Sequence record: MG592456.1
Reading direction: 5' to 3' (one strand)
DNA length: 64,000 nt
Position numbers and translations under genes: made by a program. Below are positions 10,001-19,083 of this stretch, piece after piece; position 1 is the first letter of the stretch, and each line of letters begins with the position of its first letter. The notes beneath the pieces are model-generated. The model was given only the letters and a program-made list of their open reading frames with translations. It had not been told where the DNA came from and ran no database searches.

Positions 10001-10409
10001 ATGTCAATCGAGTTGTAGCTGTGTCGTTTTCACGAAGTGAAAAGGTATTACTATCGACAATCATGAACCATTTCTTGGATGTGTCAGTTTCAGTCAGAGT
10101 CAATCGAGGTGAAGTACCCTTAATCTCAATGTCGTTTCCCGTTGTTGTTAACTTCCCCGTCATTGTATCGCCAGCTCGGCTCACATAACCCGCAGCTAAG
10201 AACGGTGCGAAGTTTGCGTTGGATTCTGTTTTCGTATACGCAGAAGTCGTCCCACCATTACCCAATTCACTTGGCAGTGGCGTATCGTGTTCTGTAAAAA
10301 TTTTATATCCTTGGTAGAGAATCGTTTCACCTTGAGGATCAAAACGAAGATTCCCACCATGCCATACTATGTTACCGCCAATTGCAGTAGTCGCGCGTAG
10401 TTCTGCCAT
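7068..10409 (-). CDS. distal long tail fibre / receptor-binding protein with C-terminal S74 chaperone (paralogue A)
   Basis: G/S/T-rich fibre repeats, YSDIRVKTDI S74 autocleavage motif, GVIAQE; start MAELR has a GAGAG RBS. Confidence 0.85.
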   Translation of the reverse strand: MAELRATTAIGGNIVWHGGNLRFDPQGETILYQGYKIFTEHDTPLPSELGNGGTTSAYTKTESNANFAPFLAAGYVSRAGDTMTGKLTTTGNDIEIKGTSPRLTLTETDTSKKWFMIVDSNTFSLRENDTATTRLTLDSSTLNSSVDNFSMKSKIAIRSTDSWLRINDQNTHTSGVYFGSSLVRTDGEFHVGTSGGTFRVASSAITYNGNNVFHDAYHPNADKWTTARTLTTTLTGDVSGSASMSVDGSGNKTVTVNTTVANDSHTHDTRYGPLTGNNTWTGLNLFNGGIGIELGGSTPDGPGGNRLRHYTVGNPPGTNDPVQYSYIFSVSQDSQKGLQISSSYSSSDNSFYIRGASDNPSSPNGAGKWQRWYRLFNEGYHPNADKWTTARTLTTTLTGDVTGTASMSVDGSANKTVTVNTSYKTGSYSSLVPGTAGGAIFDSTENGHIYNVIYANDSNDSFNVLSSTGSATSGHVINKRSFWVLGHTGNTYAAGNMYANSNQRVFADNYHPNADKWTTARTLTTTLTGDVTGSASMSVDGSGNKTVTISTTVANDSHTHDGRYFTETESNARFAYKAGSGSQNFATNTLTSGAINASGAINANAGLYDGGNRVYSAGNDGSGSGLDADLLDGRQATQFAWLSTSGSYDQVLPTQGTWLRAPSSGFLPQSNGVGAIGTSSWKFTSMWATTFNGALAGNASTATWADTVDVNGSNASSTYYDVVWHSGDTLYSSTGVEIQGSTNTLRAGNLYATAQSAGDYFYSHTPIGSSWDHNSHGGLLVNATSSGSAYNILRVNTDNGFKLQTLGGTGGTQRWYTNNANYIQFSGTTITASLSGNASTASSAAKLTTARTISLTGDVTGSVSFNGSANVSISAVVGDNSHNHSGHTVTALGNRLTVDSDGKIRANSTSYRRAGMYGIYDSTKVGHIWSMGNSYAILADGSNFGNLYGLAYKHTNNGTGGSMAGGHQVVFCANGSGKSAMGDGLWTSGNVTAYSDIRVKTDIKPISNSLDKICRVSGYTYTRTDMSPEVIPDAHNPTSRQTGVIAQEILEILPEAVTGGPTEADPDGHYSVAYGNLVGLLIEGVKEQQEMIKSLQSDVQELRRPWWKRIFRL
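8730..9770 (-). repeat. three ~150-bp copies of the YHPNADKWTTARTLTTTLTGDV..NDSHTHD fibre module (a fourth copy at ~12430-12590)
   Basis: visible nucleotide and peptide repeats, differing mostly at synonymous sites. Confidence 0.85.
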
Positions 10410-10492
10410 GTTATATTCTCTCGTGTGCATTTATTATATATTTATGGTGTATTTATCAGACATAAAAAAAGCTCCCGAAGGAGCTTAATTAA

Positions 10493-13400
10493 TTAGCTAA
10501 ACAAACGTTTCCACCACGGTCGTTCAAGTCGTTCAAGTCGAGCTTCAAGTTGTTCGCGACACGCGCGTTCTTCTTTGATGCCTTCTATCAATAACCCAAC
10601 CATGTTACCGTATGCGACTGATAATGTTTCTTCGCCTGTATCTTCGTCGGTATGCGTGACTACTACTTCAGGAAGAACTTTCTGAACTTCTTGAGCAATA
10701 ACCCCCGATTGTCTCGGTCTGCCTTCGACGTCATTACGTGTGTATGTCACACCACGCAGTTGAACGATCTTGTCAAGCGAATTTTCGATCGCTTCGATAT
10801 CGTCTTTCAACTTGATATCTGAGTAAGCAGATACGTTACCCGTAGCCGAGAGGTTTCCAACAATATCACCGCCAGTGCTATGAATAATCATTTTATGAGA
10901 AGTTGTTGAACCAGCGCCTAAGCGCAATGATCCAGCGTATGATGCGTCACTATTGCCGTAAGCGATTGCCCACGCACCACCTCCATGCGAGCTACCGCCA
11001 TAAAGATTAAGCGATTGTCTACCCGTACTATTATTAGTAACAATTGTTGAGATATTGGCAGTAGTTGTGCTGTTATTTAAGATTATCGAACCATCTGTCT
11101 TAAAATCTCCTGCCGTAATATTACCCGTAGCGGTAAAGTGGCCTGCATCATCAAATGTAAATCGAGTCGTCGTACCATCACGAATATACCAATTGCCTAT
11201 ACCCGAGTTTAAATCAGTATACATGTGAGAGCCGTTGCAGAAAAACTCAACGTCATCACCAGAACCAAATCGTAGTATATCATTATCAGCTAAGTCAATT
11301 GCGGTTCTTACACTTAACGTACCATTTACAGTCAAGTTACTAGTTACTGTACCGCCAGTTAATGGCAAGTAACTATGTGTATGTGAACTAGCAGCAGCGC
11401 CAATCCACGTTCTAATGGCGGTCGTGTCGCTACAGAACCGAACAAAGTTATCGCTGCTGTTGTTGATCCTAAAAGCCATAGCTCCGCTAATAGTGGTCTG
11501 GTTGCCGTAGCTAGGGCGTAACAAGCGCACGTTAATATCACCTGAACCATCACGAACAGCAACAGTGTTAGCCGTAGCCGCTGTGGTATGAACCGTATTC
11601 GGCACGTTACTCAACCCAACTTGCGATGGAGTGTGCGTATGCGAACCCGCAGCATAATTAGTAGAACCTGTGCCGATGTTTGTATTGGCCGCACTGTATA
11701 CGCGATTACCGTTTTCATACAATAGCGAACTAAATCGTTGAGAACTGAAATTCCAAGTATTTGAATACGATGGTTGTGTGGTAACTACCGCAGATTCAGC
11801 ACCAATATCCGCGTGGTCTGCCATTATCATCACTGGAACCATCGCATTAGCAGTATTGGAGTTCACGTATACTGCGTATACTGGACGCTGATATTGATTA
11901 ACATTTCTAACAACAACTGCTAAATGCTCAACGTTTTGATACATCACTCGAACGATTTCCATGGATATATTAGATTGCGCCGCGTCCCATTTCAGATGAT
12001 ACGACCCGTTATCACCAGCAGTCGTTGTATTTACTGCCTGAACGTCAATTTTGTATCGTTGAGTGTTGCCGCTCTTTCGATTTGTCCAAATTGTCCCACT
12101 AAATCCATTTGAAGCATACGTGTTTAGTATAATATACAAATCACGAGTGCCAGCGTTGTCAACAACCTTACTGATAACGCTTCCTGTATGGCCAATTCCC
12201 ATTTCTGACAAAGACCAACTAACATTTCCCGATCCGTTTACTGATTTGCCAGTATTGCCTATTGTTAAAGTTCTAGCAGTACCCCAGTTAGCAGTAGTGA
12301 TATTAGCAGTGCCGTTAAAGCTAGTCCCGTTAATCGTTCTTGCTGTTACTAATTTAGTTGCAGAAACTGCGTTTGCACTAATCCCCAAGAATCTTGCATT
12401 ACTTTCAGTTTCAGTGTAATAACGACCATCGTGCGTATGCGAGTCATTAGCAACAGTCGTGTTGACAGTCACAGTAGTATTGCCAGCACCTGTTACAGAC
12501 ATACTTGCAGAGCCAGTAACATCGCCCGTTAATGTAGTTGTTAAAGTTCTTGCAGTCGTCCATCGATCTGCATTTGGGTGATAGTTATCAGCAAATACAC
12601 GGGATGTATTGTTAGCGAATATATTGCCTGCAACCTGAACATTACTATCACTTCTGTTACCATACATGACAATCGAGTCGACCGTGGCATTACGTCTTTT
12701 AATCTGCCATTGGTTTATTGTCCCCTCGTACCCAAATGCAGCCCCATGATTTGAACTGTCTTCGGTCATTCTAATAAATGCATCAGTGTTTGCTGAAGAT
12801 GATATATGAATGTCGCCATTTGATTTGGCGATTACCAAGTCACCTGTCATTGTATCGCCCGTTTTATTGACATAAATCGGGTTTAACGTTGTTGAGTAAT
12901 TCCCCGCGTGCAAATAAGAATATCCACCCGTGTTGGTAGTCAAATCCTTATAAGTTTTCAACCCACGAGTTGTGTTGCCTAAAAGAACATTAGTCCCATC
13001 ATTATGAATAACCTGATGCGCGCCACCGAATCCACCACCGATTGAAATCTGCTCACCTGAACGTATCTGCCCAGTGATTGAAGCAGCCCCCGCCGCAATC
13101 GATCCTGAGACTGAAGCACTTGTTGCAATCAGAGCACCTACAGATACGGATGCAAACGCACTCGCATCTTGGTCATATATGTCTAGGCGATTTGTTGACC
13201 CATTATGATTCACGCGAATGCTATTTTTACCCGAATATTGAAACCACAGCCAATCACCAGCATTCAATCTAACATGAGAGTTATGCGTCACTTCGCCATT
13301 AAACGTCCACGCACCCGTAATCGACTCTGCTTGATTCACACGAGTTAAACGAGCGCCGTCATATACGGGTACATTGTTCGTAATACCAAGATAGTGCGCC

Positions 13401-14044
13401 CCGTAATGAGTTCCATTACGAATGTAAACGTTAGCCCCAGCGCTATTACTATAAATCGACGCATACTTAGTGGAGTCAGTGCCAGATCCTAGATCCACGC
13501 CTTCTGATGAGGAAGTAGTGTTTGCAACATCCCCTGACATCAGAGGCGCAGACGTGAACAGCCAAGGGGCCGTTACAGTTTCTGGCGATGCCTTTCTGGT
13601 ATAACGATCGTCTAGAGTGTTATAACTGGCTGCTGTGAAAACTTCGCTGCCTGAGTATTTCAGAGACGTCCCGCTAAGATTCAACACGCCAGTGCCCGTA
13701 GTAGAAGTGCTAACAGCACTCGAAATTGACAAGGATGTACTAGACGAGTTCCATATGCGCCCTTGTTGTGTCGCACCGTTATACCATGTGATGTCACCGG
13801 ATGCGGAGGCAATCCCGGTAAATTGCAAATTATTTTCACCTAGAGTCAGGCTGCCGCTCATTGTATCACCAGCACGCTTCACTACCGATTCGGTTAAATC
13901 AGTATGGGGATCTGGCTTGTCGTGTTCTGTAAAAATTTTATGATCGAGATAGCGGATTGTTTCACCTTGCGGATCAAAACGCAAGTTTCCTCCGTGCCAT
14001 ACTAGATTGCCGCCGATCGCGGTTGTTGCTCTTAATTCTGCCAT
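10493..14044 (-). CDS. distal long tail fibre / receptor-binding protein with C-terminal S74 chaperone (paralogue B)
   Basis: same MAELRATTAIGGN..WHGGNLRFDPQGETI N-terminus as paralogue A; YSDIKLKDDI S74 motif; late-promoter-like CTAAATA upstream of 14044. Confidence 0.85.
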   Translation of the reverse strand: MAELRATTAIGGNLVWHGGNLRFDPQGETIRYLDHKIFTEHDKPDPHTDLTESVVKRAGDTMSGSLTLGENNLQFTGIASASGDITWYNGATQQGRIWNSSSTSLSISSAVSTSTTGTGVLNLSGTSLKYSGSEVFTAASYNTLDDRYTRKASPETVTAPWLFTSAPLMSGDVANTTSSSEGVDLGSGTDSTKYASIYSNSAGANVYIRNGTHYGAHYLGITNNVPVYDGARLTRVNQAESITGAWTFNGEVTHNSHVRLNAGDWLWFQYSGKNSIRVNHNGSTNRLDIYDQDASAFASVSVGALIATSASVSGSIAAGAASITGQIRSGEQISIGGGFGGAHQVIHNDGTNVLLGNTTRGLKTYKDLTTNTGGYSYLHAGNYSTTLNPIYVNKTGDTMTGDLVIAKSNGDIHISSSANTDAFIRMTEDSSNHGAAFGYEGTINQWQIKRRNATVDSIVMYGNRSDSNVQVAGNIFANNTSRVFADNYHPNADRWTTARTLTTTLTGDVTGSASMSVTGAGNTTVTVNTTVANDSHTHDGRYYTETESNARFLGISANAVSATKLVTARTINGTSFNGTANITTANWGTARTLTIGNTGKSVNGSGNVSWSLSEMGIGHTGSVISKVVDNAGTRDLYIILNTYASNGFSGTIWTNRKSGNTQRYKIDVQAVNTTTAGDNGSYHLKWDAAQSNISMEIVRVMYQNVEHLAVVVRNVNQYQRPVYAVYVNSNTANAMVPVMIMADHADIGAESAVVTTQPSYSNTWNFSSQRFSSLLYENGNRVYSAANTNIGTGSTNYAAGSHTHTPSQVGLSNVPNTVHTTAATANTVAVRDGSGDINVRLLRPSYGNQTTISGAMAFRINNSSDNFVRFCSDTTAIRTWIGAAASSHTHSYLPLTGGTVTSNLTVNGTLSVRTAIDLADNDILRFGSGDDVEFFCNGSHMYTDLNSGIGNWYIRDGTTTRFTFDDAGHFTATGNITAGDFKTDGSIILNNSTTTANISTIVTNNSTGRQSLNLYGGSSHGGGAWAIAYGNSDASYAGSLRLGAGSTTSHKMIIHSTGGDIVGNLSATGNVSAYSDIKLKDDIEAIENSLDKIVQLRGVTYTRNDVEGRPRQSGVIAQEVQKVLPEVVVTHTDEDTGEETLSVAYGNMVGLLIEGIKEERACREQLEARLERLERPWWKRLFS

Positions 14045-14133
14045 TAGCGTAGTTCCATAATGAAAACGTGAATATATAGCAGTATTTAGTATGGCCAAAA
14101 AAAAGGGACTCGCTAGAGTCCCTTTTGATTTCG

Positions 14134-14652
14134 TTATTTAGAATTTCGATGTCGTCGAGATTTGCGCTTGGCTTTTCTCAATTCTTTTCGCTTCGCAACT
14201 TTATCTGCTCGACGAACTGCGTCGTAATCCGCAGCACAAGACGCAGCAAACGCATCTGGTTTGAAAACGGGCTCTTGACCCACATACCCGAAGATCGTCC
14301 CTTTAGCCTCGTTATACGCAACGTGAGACTTATGTGCGGGGTCTGGGTTGATATCAACGTGAACTTCAAACCCACGAGTACCACACATTGGCTTGACTTT
14401 CATAGCAGCTTCACCGGCTTTATATACTTCCGTCATGAGTCGACTACGTATGCCGTCTTTACACGACATATATGCTGGTTCAGTCTCAACAACTTTAAAC
14501 ACTTGAGCACCTTTGTTGCCCTCGAAATGAATAATAATTACAGTTGCGTAACTAATCATGTCGCTTTTACGTTTGCTATCGCACCCGACGTACACAGTAC
14601 TGCTCGGATGGCTGTTATTGATAGCAACTTCTATGGATTCCCAATCGAACAT
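14134..14652 (-). CDS. DUF458 RNase-H-like protein
   Basis: VYVGCDS, YATVIIIH, RLMTEV, EVHVDIN, KPDAFAAS..AD motifs; GAGGA RBS before MFDWES. Confidence 0.8.
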   Translation of the reverse strand: MFDWESIEVAINNSHPSSTVYVGCDSKRKSDMISYATVIIIHFEGNKGAQVFKVVETEPAYMSCKDGIRSRLMTEVYKAGEAAMKVKPMCGTRGFEVHVDINPDPAHKSHVAYNEAKGTIFGYVGQEPVFKPDAFAASCAADYDAVRRADKVAKRKELRKAKRKSRRHRNSK

Positions 14653-14668
14653 ATCAATTTCCTCATAC

Positions 14669-14696
14669 AAAAAAGGGTGGCTGATTGCCACCCTTT
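14669..14696 (-). terminator. intrinsic terminator between DUF2828 and DUF458
   Basis: AAAGGGTGGC-AATCA-GCCACCCTTT plus T tract on the minus strand. Confidence 0.75.
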
Positions 14697-14700
14697 ATAT

Positions 14701-16134
14701 TTAAACGTCGTAGCGCTCAACATTAACTGTTTTTAACATGATCTTGACTGGCTCAAGTTCACCGCCCAACAACGAGGTCAGGATTGACGGACTACAGCCT
14801 GATACAAGTGCAGTACCCGCAGTTCCTGTTTTAACAGGGACGTTGCCCGCTCTTGCGTGAATATTCCAGAACACTAGCTGTGGCATGTCGTAACCATGAC
14901 GAGCATAATTCGACTTAATTTCGTCGAAATTGGTTTTATTAGAGGAGCGCCACCCCGCGCTATTCGCCGTGTCGAATTCCATGTCGCTCAAGATTAGCAT
15001 CTTAGTCGGCATTTCACTCTGAGGCAAGTTAGCGCTTGTTGCTCGTTCAAGCAACACATTAAAGCAGCCGCTAATGTTAGTACTCATGTCTTCACCAGCA
15101 CGTGACATGTTGGCTAAACGAGTTTGCAAATTATCACCGATTAACTTGTGAAAGTTAGGGCGACTTGAGAATGTAACGAACTGGTCTTGGAAGACGCCTT
15201 CGTTGCGCTCTGCAATGTAGATACCAAGACTCATAGCGACGTCTTTGCAAGATACACCATCGCCATATGAGTCAGCGCCGTTAATACCACAACCCATAGA
15301 GCCTGATACATCAACTACGGGTAGAATGCGCTCGTCTGAGCCTTCCATGTAGTTCGGAAGTGCTTTCCATTGCTCATTCGCAACAACGGCATTGCCGCGA
15401 CTAACACTACGCACGACATCATATGGGTATACAGCACCCGCATTAATCTTCGCTTCGCCCTTCACAAGTGATTCGATGTAGCTAGAATACTTATCAGTTG
15501 CATTGCGACCGAACGATTTTTGATAGCGTGCTGAAGCTACAGACGGCAACTTACCAAAGTCGATCGCATCCCATTCACGCGCACACATTTTCTGCTCGAC
15601 GGTGTCTGACAATGTACTAAGAATCTTGCGCCATTGCTTTGACTTAATACCAAGAGACTTGATAGTTTTCTTAAACACATGACCGTTTGCGCTACCTTCA
15701 CGAGGGAACCACTTTGCAGCTAACGAGTTTTTATCGTTGACGATTGCATGAGTCCACAATGTGATTGCATCAGCCTCAAGATCTGTACCAAATGCACACA
15801 TCAAGTCATCGAAACGACCCAATTCTGGCACTTTAGACATCACAACACGTGCAATATCAGGGCGATTGACACACAAGCGAGTAAAGATCTTACGGAAAGT
15901 TTGACGTTCCCCAGCTCCACCGCGTACATCACGTGCCCATAGCAAGATTCGAGTTGCCAGCTCAGGATTTTCACCGAATGCTCGATCGAACATACCAAGT
16001 GACTCGTTATTACCACGCATCGCGCCAATAGTAAAAAACAAGTTTAGACACTCGTTGCCTGAAGTGCTGTGAGTCACTGCACCATTTGCGGTACGTGCAT
16101 CGTTTGTTTGCATTGCGTTTAAAAAAGCTGACAT
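14701..16134 (-). CDS. DUF2828 family protein (TROVE-like helical region plus vWA domain; Ro60-like architecture)
   Basis: RDVRGGAGER, KWFPRE, KINAGAVYPYDVV, vWA MIDAS DVSGSM, ILSDMEFD, VFWN. Confidence 0.85.
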   Translation of the reverse strand: MSAFLNAMQTNDARTANGAVTHSTSGNECLNLFFTIGAMRGNNESLGMFDRAFGENPELATRILLWARDVRGGAGERQTFRKIFTRLCVNRPDIARVVMSKVPELGRFDDLMCAFGTDLEADAITLWTHAIVNDKNSLAAKWFPREGSANGHVFKKTIKSLGIKSKQWRKILSTLSDTVEQKMCAREWDAIDFGKLPSVASARYQKSFGRNATDKYSSYIESLVKGEAKINAGAVYPYDVVRSVSRGNAVVANEQWKALPNYMEGSDERILPVVDVSGSMGCGINGADSYGDGVSCKDVAMSLGIYIAERNEGVFQDQFVTFSSRPNFHKLIGDNLQTRLANMSRAGEDMSTNISGCFNVLLERATSANLPQSEMPTKMLILSDMEFDTANSAGWRSSNKTNFDEIKSNYARHGYDMPQLVFWNIHARAGNVPVKTGTAGTALVSGCSPSILTSLLGGELEPVKIMLKTVNVERYDV

Positions 16135-16169
16135 TTTATAATTCCCTAATTTGTTTGCTGTTTAATGTC
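16130..16169 (-). promoter_or_regulatory. CAGCAA-motif leader hairpin sequestering the DUF2828 RBS and start codon
   Basis: GACAUU-AAA-CAGCAAAC-AAAUU-AGGGA(SD)-AUUAUAA-AAUGUC; the closing strand contains the AUG. Confidence 0.7.
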
Positions 16170-16181
16170 GTTAATGAAGTG

Positions 16182-16210
16182 ATTATACATGAATTATCAT
16201 GCGTGTAAAC
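16182..16210 (-). promoter_or_regulatory. T4-type early promoter
   Basis: GTTTAC-N17-TATAAT. Confidence 0.85.
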
Positions 16211-16217
16211 AACTTTA

Positions 16218-16547
16218 TCAACACGAAAGACTATTTCCTCTAGTTTTCATTGTCCCGTTTTTGTCAATAACGATCAAGTAAGACCCGTTAGTGGTTCGAT
16301 TAACATGAACACTTAAATATCCGTGGTCGTTGAGATATTTCCGTATGATATTCATTGCCATTGAAGTCCCATCGTCTTTACTGTGAATACTCACTTTAAG
16401 CTTTATGGGGAAATCGATGGTCGGATTATGAGCAATTTCTGATGCCATTGCATTTTCAACTTCCGCAGTGTAATGTTCTTGCATCGTCGAGCGCAGCGAT
16501 TCGACGCGCTGTTCAATTTGTAATTTTAATTCGCCGTGTTTAATCAT
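16218..16547 (-). CDS. hypothetical protein
   Basis: 109-aa ORF overlapping the upstream stop. Confidence 0.7.
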   Translation of the reverse strand: MIKHGELKLQIEQRVESLRSTMQEHYTAEVENAMASEIAHNPTIDFPIKLKVSIHSKDDGTSMAMNIIRKYLNDHGYLSVHVNRTTNGSYLIVIDKNGTMKTRGNSLSC

Positions 16548-16788
16548 GTAACGTCCCTTGAAATTTCTTTAACATTCGATTACTAAAGTCATCTGCGTGT
16601 TCATTACCGAGCACATCGACACTTTCCCAAATATATGCATTACGGAGATCTTGCCCAACTGTGTGATGATAATCGATAACATCACACGTTTTAAAATGCT
16701 CGGCGGTTTCGGCGTCGGCATAAGTAAACGCCTTGCGCAAGAAGCTCATGCACAGTTCTTCTAAATTTTCAATTGATTTCGCGCTCAT
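16540..16788 (-). CDS. hypothetical protein
   Basis: 82-aa ORF in an operon. Confidence 0.7.
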   Translation of the reverse strand: MSAKSIENLEELCMSFLRKAFTYADAETAEHFKTCDVIDYHHTVGQDLRNAYIWESVDVLGNEHADDFSNRMLKKFQGTLHD

Positions 16789-16913
16789 GTATAACCCATC
16801 AAGTTAAGTTTCATTCGAATATATTAATCGAATACTCACGAAAACACAAGCATTATTTTCAATCAGACACAAAAAAGCCCCTTTCGGGGCTAATTTAGGC
16901 ATTTATTATTGTG

Positions 16914-18335
16914 TTACAGTGCAGCTACGGTCAAGACAACTGCATCAGATGTCACAGAACCTTCGCTGTTGGTGTAAACAACGCGATATTCGTTAGCATC
17001 AAGACCAACATCAGTCGGATCGATAACAAGTGAATCACCAGTCTCACCATCGATGTCTGCAAAACCACTACCATCATCTACTTGCCATTGCGCATCAGGG
17101 ATTGGATATCCAGTAGCTGATGCAGTGAATGTGGCAATATCGGGTTCAGTAACAGATTCTGCAACTGGCTGCGTGTCAATGGCAGGCAATTCTAGTGCAG
17201 GATCAACGGTCAATACAACTGCATCAGATGTCACAGAGCCTTCACTGTTGGTGTAAACAACACGATATTCGTTACCATCAAGACCAACATCAGTCGGATC
17301 GATAAATAACGCATCACTAGTCTCACCATCGATGTCTGCAAAACCACTACCTTCATCTACTTGCCATTGACTAGTAGGAATCGGATATCCCGTAGCTGAT
17401 GCAGTGAATGTAGCAGCATCAGGGGCATTAACAGATTCTGCTACTGGCTGTGTGTCAATGACCGGCAATTCTAGTGCAGGATCAACTTCTAGTTCAACTG
17501 CGTCAGAGAATACTTCACCTGCATCATTGAACCATCGAGCAGCAACTAAGTAGCCATCCATTGATTCTTCTGCAACGAATGTCAATTCAGGCTCGCGATG
17601 ATCATCTAATGGGTGAGACGTTGACCCGCCATCATCAGAGTAATACCAGCGAACTTCTGGAGTTGGTCGACCGGTTGCGGCACTAGTGAACGTTACTGTT
17701 TCACCCGCATTTGTGTTAACTTCAGCCGGCTGTAGCGTAACGACAGGCAACAACTGAACTGTTAATACAGCGTCTTCGCTCGTTACAACGCCCTCACTGT
17801 TAGTCCATGTCATTGTATACACGTTTCCGTCGTCAGCATCCGCCGCAGTAAACGAATAAGCGGTATTAACCTCACCGATGATGTCAACACCATCTACTTG
17901 CCATTGACCGGTTGGCTCAGGATTGCCATACGCTTCACAAGTGAAACTCACGTTCTCGCCGTCAACGACAGTCATTGAGACTGGCTGTTCGGTGATGATA
18001 GGTAGCGATGGTGCCGCAGTTGGCACAACGTCAATACGAAAGAATCGACTGTTGTGGGACTCGCGCACTAGCAGTGAACTAACTTCACCTTCCAATGCCC
18101 CACCAATCACCTCTTTAACCCACTCAGGGCTACCCGCTTCTGTAATCCCGACTGCAATCATCTTGTCAGAAATTTCTCGATACGGCTGTTGAATGTTTTT
18201 ATACGCAACTACTTGACCATAGTTGAATCGTGTTTTTGATAATGGATACTTAGGATATTCTACCTTGATTGCTGCCAATTCAGCATCATCGATGACAATT
18301 GCCATCCCTAGGTTATCATCAATAGGTGTACTCAT
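16914..18335 (-). CDS. Ig-like (I-set) repeat virion surface protein, Hoc-like
   Basis: four repeats of P.I..QP....V..G..ATF...A.G.P.P..QW...Y.....N..G; the last two are near-identical at DNA level. Confidence 0.8.
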   Translation of the reverse strand: MSTPIDDNLGMAIVIDDAELAAIKVEYPKYPLSKTRFNYGQVVAYKNIQQPYREISDKMIAVGITEAGSPEWVKEVIGGALEGEVSSLLVRESHNSRFFRIDVVPTAAPSLPIITEQPVSMTVVDGENVSFTCEAYGNPEPTGQWQVDGVDIIGEVNTAYSFTAADADDGNVYTMTWTNSEGVVTSEDAVLTVQLLPVVTLQPAEVNTNAGETVTFTSAATGRPTPEVRWYYSDDGGSTSHPLDDHREPELTFVAEESMDGYLVAARWFNDAGEVFSDAVELEVDPALELPVIDTQPVAESVNAPDAATFTASATGYPIPTSQWQVDEGSGFADIDGETSDALFIDPTDVGLDGNEYRVVYTNSEGSVTSDAVVLTVDPALELPAIDTQPVAESVTEPDIATFTASATGYPIPDAQWQVDDGSGFADIDGETGDSLVIDPTDVGLDANEYRVVYTNSEGSVTSDAVVLTVAAL

Positions 18336-18431
18336 TGTCTTTCCTTTTTTTCATGAATGTACTATATTTAGATTAACTGATCCATTGACCGTCAATAAAC
18401 TAACAGTTTATCCGTAAAAAGAAGGGATGTA

Positions 18432-18776
18432 TCAGCCCAATGGCTCAAAAAAGTGACGAATACAGCTACTATCTAGCTCTGGTCCATTTCGACCGGGCAG
18501 TGTATACTCATCATTGAACGGCTGACCACTAGCCTTTGCAATTTTGTATGCTTCAGCACGATTGTGGAAGTGACCTGATTCATCAACAAATCCCTGAGTC
18601 GTTGACTTCACGCGAAAATTCTCACCTAATGCTTTCATGACAGCAGACATGTTTCGACCGAAGTGACAGTTGTCAACAACTACAAGTGTGTCAACAAGGT
18701 TGTTATTTTCGTCATACAATTCGACTTTGTTTGCCGCAGCAGCTATCATTTTTACCATTTTACTCATATCAGGCAT
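18432..18776 (-). CDS. conserved phage hypothetical protein
   Basis: QGFVDESGHFHNRAEAYKIAKASGQ motif recognised from phage hypotheticals. Confidence 0.7.
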   Translation of the reverse strand: MPDMSKMVKMIAAAANKVELYDENNNLVDTLVVVDNCHFGRNMSAVMKALGENFRVKSTTQGFVDESGHFHNRAEAYKIAKASGQPFNDEYTLPGRNGPELDSSCIRHFFEPLG

Positions 18777-18782
18777 TTTGTA

Positions 18783-19022
18783 TTATTCCAACCAATAGTT
18801 TAAATCAAATGCAGACTCTAGGATCGGGTTACATGATAACCAGTACTTTAGAGGCTGCCCTTTACTTTCGAGTGTGACTACACCGTCTCGCTCCGTCACT
18901 TGATAAATCAATTGACCGTCGATGGATGCATCAATAAACCCCGAGCGTGGGTGTACACTAACAGTGAATCCATGTTCTTTAAACAGAGATTGCACGACGT
19001 GACTTTCCTTTTTAAGATTCAT
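18783..19022 (-). CDS. hypothetical protein
   Basis: AGAG RBS before MNLKK; the longer annotated N-terminus overlaps the opposite-strand gene. Confidence 0.65.
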   Translation of the reverse strand: MNLKKESHVVQSLFKEHGFTVSVHPRSGFIDASIDGQLIYQVTERDGVVTLESKGQPLKYWLSCNPILESAFDLNYWLE

Positions 19023-19083
19023 ATTATTCTCTATAATGTGTCTGATAAATACAAAGATACAGTAATAACGAGTGAGTGTCAAC

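Noticed and set aside
7068-14044. Diversity-generating retroelement acting on the tail fibres
   Set aside because: The repeat copies differ mainly at synonymous positions, not only at adenines, and there is no reverse transcriptase in the window.
14125-14736. 203-aa plus-strand ORF (and many similar antisense ORFs in the track)
   Set aside because: It is the shadow of a well-supported opposite-strand gene, with no RBS or recognisable motifs.
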